A stretch of DNA of 64,000 nt from positions 107,613 through 171,612 of the forward strand of contig CAYXKX010000001.1 of the NCBI GenBank assembly GCA_964465185.1, written 5' to 3'. The DNA is from an uncultured Chitinophagaceae bacterium. GTDB lineage: Bacteria; Bacteroidota; Bacteroidia; Chitinophagales; JADJOU01. Positions 8,824-18,560 of the stretch are shown here, in pieces (position 1 is the first letter of the stretch; each line of letters starts with the position of its first letter). The translations under genes were made by a program, and so were the position numbers. A model generated the notes under the pieces. It worked only from the letters and a program-made list of their open reading frames with translations. It was not told where the DNA came from and did not search any database.

Positions 8824-9831
8824 TTATTGCATATATTTATCTTCTTCGTATATCGTATTGAGTAGAGTTTTGCCAACAGCTTTTAAAGTGGACTTGTCAA
8901 CTGAACTCATATTGTCATCATGTGTATGCCAGTAGTCCGCAAAACCACCGTTGTTTAATTTATAATGAATAATGTCAATAGTAGGTATGCCAGCAAGTGT
9001 ATTGACAAATAAGTGGTCATCTGTAATGGCGCCCATAGGCTCGCTGAGAAAATGTTTTTCAAATCCCAATTTTTGACCATGATTCCAAACTCGATTTAAA
9101 AGATTAGAAGCGTAGTTCATACTCGTTTCTTCTTTGAGAAAAGTCGCATCCTTACCCCCTACCATATCGAGTAAAATTCCCCAACGTGGGAGAAAATCAT
9201 GTTTAGTGTTCTTAGCCCAATATTGTGAGCCGAGACACCAGCTATTTTCCATAGGTGTCAAGCCACTATTTTCAGGTTGTCCATAGTCTTCGAGATCGAA
9301 AAAAACAATGTCTATGCCTAGGGTGATTGGTTTTTCTTTGAAATTTTTGAGTAGAGCCAAAATGACCCCAACACCACTGCCAGCATCGTTCGCTCCTAGG
9401 ATAGGGCCTACCGGATTTTTTGGATCATGATCGGCTATAGGTCTTGTATCCCAGTGAGCGCAAAGTAAAATTCTATTAGGATTTTTTGGATTTAATTGAG
9501 CTATAATATTTTTACCCTTATGCTTTTTTGAATCATAAGTAATCGATTCGAATTCCTGAATATAAGCAGTATCTGTCATTATTTTTAAGGTAGCTAAAAT
9601 CCAATCTGCACAAGCTTTGTGCCCCATCGTACTGGGCACTCGCGGTCCGAAAGAGACCTGCTTATCTATATAATTGTAGGCGAGATTTTCATCAAATTGG
9701 AGATAACTCGCTTCAATTGGTTGAACAGAAGTGTCTGTATTTGAACTTGACTCTTCTTTGGAAGAAAGGAATTGACAAGAATGAAGCTGAAAAAGACATA
9801 ATACTAAGAATAGAACTTTAGAGATACCCAT
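8824..9831 (-). CDS. M28-fold glutaminyl-peptide cyclotransferase-like lipoprotein (type II glutaminyl cyclase / M28 peptidase family)
   Basis: Metal-site-like motifs CAHWDTRP, GANDAGSGV, FFDLEDYG and HTHDD. Lipobox LFQLHSC. The ATG at 9831 is preferred over the ORF-track TTG at 9855. Confidence 0.7.
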   Translation of the reverse strand: MGISKVLFLVLCLFQLHSCQFLSSKEESSSNTDTSVQPIEASYLQFDENLAYNYIDKQVSFGPRVPSTMGHKACADWILATLKIMTDTAYIQEFESITYDSKKHKGKNIIAQLNPKNPNRILLCAHWDTRPIADHDPKNPVGPILGANDAGSGVGVILALLKNFKEKPITLGIDIVFFDLEDYGQPENSGLTPMENSWCLGSQYWAKNTKHDFLPRWGILLDMVGGKDATFLKEETSMNYASNLLNRVWNHGQKLGFEKHFLSEPMGAITDDHLFVNTLAGIPTIDIIHYKLNNGGFADYWHTHDDNMSSVDKSTLKAVGKTLLNTIYEEDKYMQ

Positions 9832-9912
9832 AAGGATGCTTGATTTTAAGTACAAATGTAGCTGAAAAAATCTATTTTCTATTTGGGCAATTTATTTATA
9901 ATAACGAAGTAA

Positions 9913-10488
9913 TTAACCTTTGCCTTTCATTACCTCATCTATTACGGCCATGATATTACTTAATGATTCGGCAATGGAATATTCACATGATTTGAGTATT
10001 CCATAATATTTTAATTTATAAACGAGGTCATCATTTTTTCGATAAACTTTATAAATTTCGTCTATGGATATGCCTTTTTTATTTTTATTGACCCACTGAT
10101 AGTCTTTTAAGTGAATATCATAGGTAGATGCATTAAATTTAATCAAAATAGTAGAAGTGATAATTCCTTCATTGATGATTTGATGATCTTGAATATCCTT
10201 TAGATTGAAGCCTTTACAGGGGTAAACAACAAATAGTTCAATATAGTTTTTTCCAGAATCTAACAAATGGTAAAATTCAGTATTCATTGTATTCGCAATG
10301 TGATTGGAAAACAGTTTGACTATTTTATCTTTTTGAATAACAGTTTCATCGAGGGTAGTACTCAAACCAATTTTTGACTCATCGTTATTGGGCAAATTAA
10401 CTTCCTCATCTATTGGTATGAGCGTCTTAATTTGAGCATGGAGGCAAAAAATTGACAGGCTAAGGAGAAAACTAGTAACGAGCTTCAA
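9913..10488 (-). CDS. Hypothetical secreted protein
   Basis: Signal peptide MKLVTSFLLSLSIFCLHAQ. TTG start, with no nearby in-frame ATG. No recognisable motif. Confidence 0.5.
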   Translation of the reverse strand: MKLVTSFLLSLSIFCLHAQIKTLIPIDEEVNLPNNDESKIGLSTTLDETVIQKDKIVKLFSNHIANTMNTEFYHLLDSGKNYIELFVVYPCKGFNLKDIQDHQIINEGIITSTILIKFNASTYDIHLKDYQWVNKNKKGISIDEIYKVYRKNDDLVYKLKYYGILKSCEYSIAESLSNIMAVIDEVMKGKG

Positions 10489-10490
10489 GG

Positions 10491-11189
10491 TTATTTATTT
10501 AGTATTTTGAGTATTTCTTCTTCACTAGCAAAGCCAAGTTTTTTCCATTCTATCGTATCATTTTTATAGATTAAAATATAGGGCAAACCACTTACTCCGA
10601 GTGTTTGACAAAGCTCTGGATGTTCATCGGCATTTATTCTAATCACTGTTACCTCCGAGGCCATTTTGACTTCGATTTTTTTCAAAAAGGGTTTCATTTT
10701 TTGACATGGTATGCACCAGTCGGCATAGAAGTCAATCAAAACCTTTTTAGATTTACCTTTATATAAGGCTTCATACTCAACTAAAGTCATTCCTGCTTTT
10801 TTCTCTCCTTGTGGCGAGGTGAGCGGCAGCTTATGCGCTCTCCAAGACATGATTCCACCGTTTAAACCATATATGTTTCTGAACCCCATGTCCTTGGCCT
10901 TTCTTATAGCATTACCGCTTCTACCGCCACTCAGGCAGTAGACAAATAAAGGAGTATTTCTATCGAGTTTATCTAACTGGGTTTCGAAATCCGCTGCGTT
11001 CCAATCTATATTTTTAGCTCCTAGTATATATCCTTCTGAATACTCTTCAGGTGTTCTGACATCTATGAGGTGTTTTGTTTTTTCGGACTTTAGCTTTTCA
11101 GAAAATTCATTTGCACTTAACTCCCTATTCTGACTAGAGCATGAAGTAATGGTAATTAAGTAAGTGCATAAAAGGAAAAATTTGTACAT
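10491..11189 (-). CDS. Rhodanese-thioredoxin fusion lipoprotein
   Basis: Lipobox ITSCSS. Rhodanese module (LIDVRTPEEY...VYCLSGGRSG, active-site Cys loop) followed by a thioredoxin module (DFYADWCIPCQKMKP, a CxxC motif). Confidence 0.75.
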   Translation of the reverse strand: MYKFFLLCTYLITITSCSSQNRELSANEFSEKLKSEKTKHLIDVRTPEEYSEGYILGAKNIDWNAADFETQLDKLDRNTPLFVYCLSGGRSGNAIRKAKDMGFRNIYGLNGGIMSWRAHKLPLTSPQGEKKAGMTLVEYEALYKGKSKKVLIDFYADWCIPCQKMKPFLKKIEVKMASEVTVIRINADEHPELCQTLGVSGLPYILIYKNDTIEWKKLGFASEEEILKILNK

Positions 11190-11209
11190 ACAATTATTTT
11201 AACTAAATA

Positions 11210-12955
11210 CTAAGTTAGTTCTTTTTTATTTTCAATTGATTGGAAATATTTTTGATAGTAAGTGTTTGTTTGAAGTAAACTTGTGTGTGTTCCTTCGCCC
11301 ACAATCACTCCATGATCAAGCACGAGTATTTTGTCTGCCTGCATTATAGTAGATAGCCTATGCGCTATAACTATGGACGTGGTGTTCTTGATACTCTGCG
11401 AAATCAATTTTTGAATATAAAATTCTGTATTAGAGTCGATAGACGATGTAGCTTCATCAAGTATAAGTATGCTTGGCTTTTTAGCTATTGCTCTAAAGAG
11501 GGAAATAATTTGTTTTTGTCCATGCGACAAGGAGCCTCCTCGTTCTTTGATTTCAAAATCATAATTATTGGGCAATTTCATGAAAAAATCATGAATATCC
11601 AATTGTGTTGCCATTTGAATAATTTCCTCACGCGATGTGTTTGTGCTTTCCACTACTATGTTGTCGAGAATACTGCCACTAAACAAATAGACATCTTGAA
11701 GCACCATGGCTATCTGAGAGCGAAGAAAGTTAAGGCTAAAATCTTCTATTGGATGTTGATCAATATATATCTTACCGGATTGATAGGGATAAAATCGGTT
11801 AAGAATATTAATAATGCTCGTCTTGCCCGACCCTGTGGCACCTACTATAGCTAGAGACTTGCCTGCCTCTATTTGGAAAGAAACGTCTCTGAGCACAGGT
11901 ACTTCAGGACTATAGGAAAACGATACTTTGTCAAATCGAATATCACCGCGAATGGGAATATTTTTTATCATTCCTTGGTCGGCTTCTTGTGTTGGGGTAT
12001 CCAATAAATCAAATACCCGATTAGAGGCCACAAACCCCATTTGTATAGAATTGAATTTATCTGCTATGAAGCGCATAGGTCTAAAAAGTAGATTGAGGTA
12101 AAGCAAAAATGAGGTAATGACACCTGCGGATAAATCTTTTTGTTCGAAACTATGAATAGCGACATAGGACACAACAAGGCCGATACTGATAGATATCAAC
12201 GTCTCTAAGACAGGGAAGAACCAAGAATAGTACCAAATACTTTTGAAATTTAATTCGGTAAATTCAGCATTAATTTTATTGAATTTAGTCTGTTCCTTGT
12301 CTTCTACCGCAAATGCCTTTACGATTTTAAACCCCATGAGATGTTCCTGAACGAAGGCGTTGAGTTCACCAATTTTGTCTCGTAGTTTTTCATTGACCAC
12401 CTTCACTTTTTCTTTAAAGATATAAGTAGCTACATAGAGAAATGGCAAGGTGACAAGCGATATGAGCGTCAACTGCACATTGGTATAAAGCATAAAGGCT
12501 AACACGAAAATGATGGTCAAAATATCTGAGACGATGGTAAAAAAATTATCGGAATAAACTTCGTTGATCGTTTCTACATCATTAACCGTGCGAGTAGTGA
12601 GTCTACCTACGGGTGTTTCATCATAGTATTGAACATGCAAATTCATTAGGTGGGAGAACACTTTTTTTCTTAAATTATTCACTATATTTTGGCTGAAAAA
12701 CGATGTAGCATAGACGAATATATATTTAAGCAAAGATTCAAAAATTAGTAAGCCAAATAGCAAACAGGCATTGAATACTAAACGCTCTTTCTGTCCTGTT
12801 TTTATATCCACATCGATGATCTGCTGGAGAATATATGGTCGTATAGGAGTCAAGGCAGAAATGATAACTGCAAGTATAAAGCAACCTATAAACCAATTCT
12901 TATAAGGTAAAGCTTGTTTAATAATATGTCTGTAAACGCTAGTCTTGTTCTGCAT
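11210..12955 (-). CDS. ABC exporter, fused permease/ATPase (MsbA-like half transporter)
   Basis: 581 aa. Six-TM N-terminal half, Walker A GATGSGKTS, signature LSHGQKQ and Walker B ILILDEATS. Confidence 0.85.
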   Translation of the reverse strand: MQNKTSVYRHIIKQALPYKNWFIGCFILAVIISALTPIRPYILQQIIDVDIKTGQKERLVFNACLLFGLLIFESLLKYIFVYATSFFSQNIVNNLRKKVFSHLMNLHVQYYDETPVGRLTTRTVNDVETINEVYSDNFFTIVSDILTIIFVLAFMLYTNVQLTLISLVTLPFLYVATYIFKEKVKVVNEKLRDKIGELNAFVQEHLMGFKIVKAFAVEDKEQTKFNKINAEFTELNFKSIWYYSWFFPVLETLISISIGLVVSYVAIHSFEQKDLSAGVITSFLLYLNLLFRPMRFIADKFNSIQMGFVASNRVFDLLDTPTQEADQGMIKNIPIRGDIRFDKVSFSYSPEVPVLRDVSFQIEAGKSLAIVGATGSGKTSIINILNRFYPYQSGKIYIDQHPIEDFSLNFLRSQIAMVLQDVYLFSGSILDNIVVESTNTSREEIIQMATQLDIHDFFMKLPNNYDFEIKERGGSLSHGQKQIISLFRAIAKKPSILILDEATSSIDSNTEFYIQKLISQSIKNTTSIVIAHRLSTIMQADKILVLDHGVIVGEGTHTSLLQTNTYYQKYFQSIENKKELT

Positions 12956-13706
12956 TGTCTATAAATGGGTAATCTAATTTTATAAGATGAAGACCATTAG
13001 CGGGGGCCAAATTTATCAACCGCATAGGAGATTGATGTTTCATGCTATATTGAAATTCTTCAAGAGTCAATTTTTCTCTGCCAATGAGCATAAGAGTGCC
13101 GACAATTCTCCTTACCATATTATGCAGAAAACGATTGGCAGAAATTTCGTATCTATAATAATGTGGCTCTAACTGTTGAATATGACTTGAATAAAGGGTA
13201 CAATGGGTCTTTTGTTTCTCCTTATCGAGTTTTATTAGAGGCAAAAATTCATTGTAATTCAGCAACTCATTTGCAGCTAATTTCATCAAATCAAGATTGA
13301 GGTGGTGATGAGTATACTCATAACTGTAAAGTCTGCGAAAGGGATTTTTTTGGGTATGGATAAAATAATGATACGTTCTTTTGGTAGCGTTATACCGACT
13401 ATTGCATTCGACCGGCACTTCAAAAATTTCTTTAATGGCAATACTTCGAGGAAGAATAGAGTTTAGTTTCATGCAGGCAGTTTCCTCCAATATGCCATCG
13501 AAATCCCAGTGTGCATAGAAATCATCTGCATGCACGCCAGTATCTGTTCTCCCGCAGCCCACTATTTTTTGAGGAGACCTATACAAGGTTGATAGTGCAG
13601 ATTCAATAGTTCCCTGGACAGATTCTTGTTCATTTTGGTTTTGCCAGCCACAATAATTAGTCCCATCATAGGCTAGACGTATAAAAAATCTTTTCTTCTC
13701 AGCCAT
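12939..13706 (-). CDS. truA: tRNA pseudouridine(38-40) synthase TruA
   Basis: Contains YDGTNYCGWQ and the catalytic motif GCGRTDTGVHA. The ATG at 13706 is preferred over the GTG at 13712. The 3' end overlaps the ABC gene start by 17 nt. Confidence 0.85.
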   Translation of the reverse strand: MAEKKRFFIRLAYDGTNYCGWQNQNEQESVQGTIESALSTLYRSPQKIVGCGRTDTGVHADDFYAHWDFDGILEETACMKLNSILPRSIAIKEIFEVPVECNSRYNATKRTYHYFIHTQKNPFRRLYSYEYTHHHLNLDLMKLAANELLNYNEFLPLIKLDKEKQKTHCTLYSSHIQQLEPHYYRYEISANRFLHNMVRRIVGTLMLIGREKLTLEEFQYSMKHQSPMRLINLAPANGLHLIKLDYPFIDNAEQD

Positions 13707-14070
13707 TCGCACAAAGTTAGAAAGTTAAGGTCAATTTAATCCTAGAACTTCGTTAAATAGATATAATACCAATGTGATTTGGTAGATAGATTAAATCATA
13801 TTCCGCACGTGCGGTAGTTTATACCGATGTGATAGCTGTTTTAGGATAATAAAATGGGTTTATTACAGATATCAATATGGCATAATTGGTTGAGGATTTG
13901 AATTAGCATGGCTTCTCGTATTGCGATTTTGTTAATTTGACCTCTTTTGCTTAAAAAGGCAAGCAATTTGAGATAAATTGTTAAATTTGTCCATCCTTTT
14001 ATAAGAGGCTTGAAATTGCGGAAACTTGTTTTGCACAGGATAGTCGAAACCTAAAACAAATATTATATAC

Positions 14071-16227
14071 ATGAATAAGTTTTTTAAATCCTTATTAATG
14101 CTATGCTTGATGTCATCCACGCTTATAGCTCAAAACTATGACATTATCCAAAAAGCGCTTAAGGCAGAGAGGAGTCACAACTACTACAAGGCTATAAAGT
14201 ATTATAATTGTGCGCTGCAAAACGACCCTAGTAGTGAATACATTCATTATAAGTTAGGAAAGAATTATTTTAATCAAAATGATTACGAGACTTCGATCTA
14301 TCATATGGAGCAAGCCAAAAAAATGATGAAGGATAGCATGAATTATCATTTTGACATGTATCATCTGTATTCTGTGACTGGCTATACCGCCTTGGCCAAG
14401 GAATCTTTTATTCGATATATAAATCTTTGCCCTACCTGTGTGAAGTCTGATTTACTACCTGGGGGCCAGAGTAATAAGTTTATCTATAGTCGGCCTGTAA
14501 AGGAGCCAGAGCTTATGGGATATGATTCTAAAAGAACGGAATATTACCCATATATCATAGATGACAACACTATTCATACCCTGAATGCAAAAATGTCTTG
14601 CAAGAATAATTCGAATGCACTGAATTTTAGTGGAAATTTTACAAATAAGTATTCACGGAATGATTTTATGTTTTTCGATGTAGATCATAAAAGACAAATT
14701 AACAAATGGGGCGGCTTCGAATATGGACCATATTCCATGTCCAAGAAGTTAGATATGATTTATATTACTCGATTGGATGAGGATAATAATAGAATGTTCA
14801 TTTACTTCTCAAAGAGAAAGGTAGAAGAAGGCAGCACGGCTTGGGAACGCTTTATGCCTATAGAAATAGAAATTGATAAGGGAAATTATAACTATATACA
14901 CCCCATGCTGACTAGTGATGAAAAGTATCTTATCTTTTCCAGTAATCAGCCAGGAGGGCTTGGAGGATATGATTTATGGATAGGAGAAATAGAAAATCAA
15001 ACTAAACTTAAAAACATTAAAAGTCTTGGCACTTATGTCAACACACCAGGAGATGAGTGTTTTCCTACGGTGTATGATGATAAAGTAATATTTTTTGCTT
15101 CGAGTGGACATTATGGTTTAGGAAAGTTAGATATCTATGCAGGAGTGAGAGGTAAAGGTGCGCGATTTAACCGAACGTATAATCTGGGAGCTAATTTTAA
15201 TTCTGAGAGTGATGACTACGCCTTGTTTTACCATCAGAAGAAAAATGTTGGATTCTTTTCTTCGAATAGATTTGTGAACAAGTATGAGAATAATTCTGAT
15301 AGAATATACAAACAGTCATTCGATAAAATAAAGACAACCATAACGGTGAAGGATGAACTAAAAAGGCCCATCACAGGAATGAAGGTATCCATTCCTTCAG
15401 AAAAAATTGAAATGAAGACCAATCAATTAGGACAGATAACTGCTAGCTTATCGCCTATAGGGTATAAGAAGGTTGTGGTATCAGGAGACTTTCACCAGCT
15501 AGTAGACACGAGCTTATATCCATTCGAGACTAGACTAGATGTGGAAGCGAGACGAAATTTGCCAAAGGATTTTGTTACCTTTTCCTTATTGTCCCATCCT
15601 TTTGAGAATGCCTATCCAAATGTATTTTATAAGATTACAAATACTGCGGATTGCTCGAATTATTCAGGGTATACTGATGAGGCTGGTATTGGTCAGGTGG
15701 TTTTATACCTTAATGAGGATTACAAAGTAGAGGTTCCTGAGCTTGGCTTTGTCAGTCCTGTTATGAAATTCACTGCGGATAATAATAAAATATTTGTAAC
15801 CAGTGATATACCTGCCAAAAGAGAAGAGCTAGCTGCAGCAGCTAAAGAAGTGAAGGAGGAAATGTTAAACGACAATTTCACTATTTACTATGAGACTACG
15901 CAATGGAATATAACAAATGAAATAGATAAAAAGATGAAGTATGTCATAATGGAACTAAATAAGAATCCAAACTATCGATTAGAATTGAGCGCACATACAG
16001 ATTGTCAAGGAGATGCAAAAACAAATATGGTTTTATCAAGACAACGCTTAGCTGAGGCTATTAAGTTATTCTTTTCTCGTGGAGCCAATGAAACACAAAT
16101 CGTAGGACGCTATTTTGGCGAGGAAAAACCTGCCAATAATTGTCATTGCGATGGAAATAATAACTACGACTGCTCCAATGAAGAAATGAAGAAAAATAGA
16201 AGAACAGAGGTGCGTTTGATAAAATAA
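14071..16227 (+). CDS. OmpA-family protein with TPR, PD40/TolB-like beta-propeller, CarboxypepD_reg-like and OmpA_C domains (PG1058-like architecture)
   Basis: Signal peptide ending LIAQ, then TPR-like helices. PD40-type motifs include LIFSSNQPGGLGGYDLW and FFASSGHYGLGKLDIY. The C-terminal OmpA_C region reads ELSAHTDCQGD..NMVLSRQRLAEA...NRRTEVRL. Confidence 0.75.
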   Translation: MNKFFKSLLMLCLMSSTLIAQNYDIIQKALKAERSHNYYKAIKYYNCALQNDPSSEYIHYKLGKNYFNQNDYETSIYHMEQAKKMMKDSMNYHFDMYHLYSVTGYTALAKESFIRYINLCPTCVKSDLLPGGQSNKFIYSRPVKEPELMGYDSKRTEYYPYIIDDNTIHTLNAKMSCKNNSNALNFSGNFTNKYSRNDFMFFDVDHKRQINKWGGFEYGPYSMSKKLDMIYITRLDEDNNRMFIYFSKRKVEEGSTAWERFMPIEIEIDKGNYNYIHPMLTSDEKYLIFSSNQPGGLGGYDLWIGEIENQTKLKNIKSLGTYVNTPGDECFPTVYDDKVIFFASSGHYGLGKLDIYAGVRGKGARFNRTYNLGANFNSESDDYALFYHQKKNVGFFSSNRFVNKYENNSDRIYKQSFDKIKTTITVKDELKRPITGMKVSIPSEKIEMKTNQLGQITASLSPIGYKKVVVSGDFHQLVDTSLYPFETRLDVEARRNLPKDFVTFSLLSHPFENAYPNVFYKITNTADCSNYSGYTDEAGIGQVVLYLNEDYKVEVPELGFVSPVMKFTADNNKIFVTSDIPAKREELAAAAKEVKEEMLNDNFTIYYETTQWNITNEIDKKMKYVIMELNKNPNYRLELSAHTDCQGDAKTNMVLSRQRLAEAIKLFFSRGANETQIVGRYFGEEKPANNCHCDGNNNYDCSNEEMKKNRRTEVRLIK

Positions 16228-16235
16228 ACTAATTA

Positions 16236-17633
16236 ATGAAATTATCCTTTCATGGTGCAGCAAGAACTGTAACAGGTAGTAAACACGTTTTGACCCTTTC
16301 TGATAATAGAAAAGTCCTTTTGGATTGTGGGTTGTTCCAAGGAGGAAAGGAGTTACAACAACTCAATTATCATTTTGGATTTAATCCAATGGAGATTGAT
16401 GCACTAGTCTTATCTCATGCACATATTGATCATTCTGGGCTTATTCCAAGACTAGTCAAAGAGGGCTTCTCTGGTCCAATCTATTGTTCTCCAGCCACAG
16501 CAGATCTTGTGGAAATTTTATTGAAAGACAGTGCTAAAATTCAAGAAGAGGACACCAAATTTTATAATAAACGGAGAGAGGCTGCGGGCAAGGAAGCAGT
16601 CAAGCCGCTATATACCATAAAGGATGTAGAACAAGCTTTACCCCTTATAGTGACTAGAAAATTGCATCAACAATTTGAAGTCATCCCAGGAGTTCAATGC
16701 CTGTATGCGGATGCTGGGCATATTTTGGGAAGCTGTGCTGTGAATCTAACTATTGAAGATAAAGGTAAAACGAAAAGAATCTGCTTTACTGGAGATATCG
16801 GGCGATATAATAGCCCTCTGTTGAAAAATCCAGAAAAATTTCCTCAAGCAGATATCATTATCTGTGAAAGCACCTATGGAGATTCATTGCACGATGATGC
16901 AAATTTAAATGAACAAGTGTTTTATGATATTGTGCAGGAAACTTGTGTAAAAAACAAAGGTAAACTCATTATCCCAGCCTTCAGTGTGGGTAGAACGCAA
17001 GAAATAGTTTATGCCTTGAATAAATTGGATATAGCAGGGAAACTTCCTCCGATACGAGTGTTCGTGGATAGCCCTCTTTCTATAGCCGCTACAGAAATAA
17101 CAAAAAAACATAAGGAGTGTTATAACAAGCATATTTTAGAAGTAATGGAAGGTGATGAAGACCCATTTGGGTTTAAAAACCTAGTCTATATCAGCGAAAG
17201 AAAAGATTCGCAAGCGCTAAATGATTTTAAAGATCCTTGTATAATTATCTCTGCATCAGGTATGGCCGAATTCGGTAGAATTAAGCATCATATTTACCAT
17301 AATATCGAGCAAGAGAAGAATACGATACTCATTGTTGGATATTGCGAGCCACATAGTTTAGGAGCTAGGTTGCTAAATGAGGATCCCAAGGTCAAGATAT
17401 TTGGGGAATACATGAATAAAGTAGCTCAGATAAAAAAGATAAAGTCATTTTCTGCTCATGGGGATTATTCAGATATGCTGCATTACCTATCCTGCCAAGA
17501 CCCAAAACAGGTAGATAATTTTTTTCTAGTTCACGGCGAATACCTAGTTCAAAATAATTTTAAAAATAAGTTGATAAAAGTGGGCTTTGATTTTGTAGAA
17601 ATCCCTGAAATTCATCAAGAGTTTTCTATCTAG
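16236..17633 (+). CDS. MBL-fold beta-CASP hydrolase (RNA-metabolising metallo-beta-lactamase)
   Basis: Contains SHAHIDHSG (HxHxDH) and beta-CASP-type downstream motifs (ESTYG, FSAHGD). 465 aa. Starts 8 nt after the upstream gene. Confidence 0.8.
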   Translation: MKLSFHGAARTVTGSKHVLTLSDNRKVLLDCGLFQGGKELQQLNYHFGFNPMEIDALVLSHAHIDHSGLIPRLVKEGFSGPIYCSPATADLVEILLKDSAKIQEEDTKFYNKRREAAGKEAVKPLYTIKDVEQALPLIVTRKLHQQFEVIPGVQCLYADAGHILGSCAVNLTIEDKGKTKRICFTGDIGRYNSPLLKNPEKFPQADIIICESTYGDSLHDDANLNEQVFYDIVQETCVKNKGKLIIPAFSVGRTQEIVYALNKLDIAGKLPPIRVFVDSPLSIAATEITKKHKECYNKHILEVMEGDEDPFGFKNLVYISERKDSQALNDFKDPCIIISASGMAEFGRIKHHIYHNIEQEKNTILIVGYCEPHSLGARLLNEDPKVKIFGEYMNKVAQIKKIKSFSAHGDYSDMLHYLSCQDPKQVDNFFLVHGEYLVQNNFKNKLIKVGFDFVEIPEIHQEFSI

Positions 17634-17775
17634 GGAGATATTCATACTGAATTTATAAACAACTCTCTTTCTTTATTACATCTATGATTTTTATGGAGAA
17701 CGCTATAGTCGGTGTAGGACAGCCATAACTATTGCCGAGTTTTTCATGCTTTTGAATGAATTTTACACTACGGAA

Positions 17776-18540
17776 TTAATTCATGGATAGAAGCTCAAGA
17801 ACCATTTCTTTTTTTCTCTGAGATACTGGTATTTCATAGCCTCCTAGAAGAATTAGTGTGCCTCCGCTTCCTTTATTGTATCTGACTATCTTATCTACAT
17901 TGACTATATAGGAATGATGTACTCTTATAAAACTAAGGGGGTCGAGAATGTCTTCATAATCTTTTAAATTATGTGATACGAGAATCTTCTGATCGGGATA
18001 AATGGTGAATTCGGTGTAAGGACCTTCCGATTTGCAAAAGATAATCTCCTTTGTTTTGATAAAATGAATGGAATTATTGTCTTTCAGTACTATCTTTTTC
18101 TCTACAAGAGAGGGTCTTTTGGTATCCGAAATCATATCTTTGAATAATTCTAATTGAGCAGTTAATTCGGTAGGCGAAATTTGACGATCAATTTTTTCTA
18201 ACGCTCGTTTCATGTCTTCCTCTAAAATAGGTTTGAGTAAATAATCAATGGCATTGATCTTAAAAGCCGTGATTGCATATTGATCATAAGCAGTAGTAAA
18301 TATGAGGGCAAAGTCTTTTATTGTCAATTGTTCTAAAACATCGAACCCAGAGCCATCGCCTAGATTTATATCAAGGAATACAATATCTGGTTTTTTGGTA
18401 GAGATAGCTAAAATACCAGTTTCAACTCCATCCGCTTCACCAATAATTTCAATTTGCGGAAAATCCGTATTAATAAGCTCTCTTAGGGCGTTTCTAGCCT
18501 GAGTCTCATCGTCAATAATTATAGCGGAGTGTTTTCTCAT
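17776..18540 (-). CDS. LytTR-family two-component response regulator
   Basis: Receiver domain (IIDDE, PDIVFLDINLGDGSGF) followed by a C-terminal LytTR DNA-binding domain (FIRVHHSYIVN). Confidence 0.85.
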   Translation of the reverse strand: MRKHSAIIIDDETQARNALRELINTDFPQIEIIGEADGVETGILAISTKKPDIVFLDINLGDGSGFDVLEQLTIKDFALIFTTAYDQYAITAFKINAIDYLLKPILEEDMKRALEKIDRQISPTELTAQLELFKDMISDTKRPSLVEKKIVLKDNNSIHFIKTKEIIFCKSEGPYTEFTIYPDQKILVSHNLKDYEDILDPLSFIRVHHSYIVNVDKIVRYNKGSGGTLILLGGYEIPVSQRKKEMVLELLSMN

Positions 18541-18560
18541 GTTAAAGAGTTATGTGTAAT

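Noticed and set aside
13712-13719. TAnnTTTG match (minus strand) directly upstream of truA
   Set aside because: It lies only 5 nt from the ATG, which would imply a leaderless transcript. That is too uncertain to annotate as a promoter.
13713-14070. 358-bp intergenic region, examined for a tRNA, ncRNA or riboswitch, together with the ORF at 13932..14120
   Set aside because: I could find no cloverleaf-compatible or extended stem structure by eye. The 62-aa ORF overlaps the start of the OmpA-family gene on the opposite strand and has no supporting features. A covariance-model scan would be needed to exclude an ncRNA.
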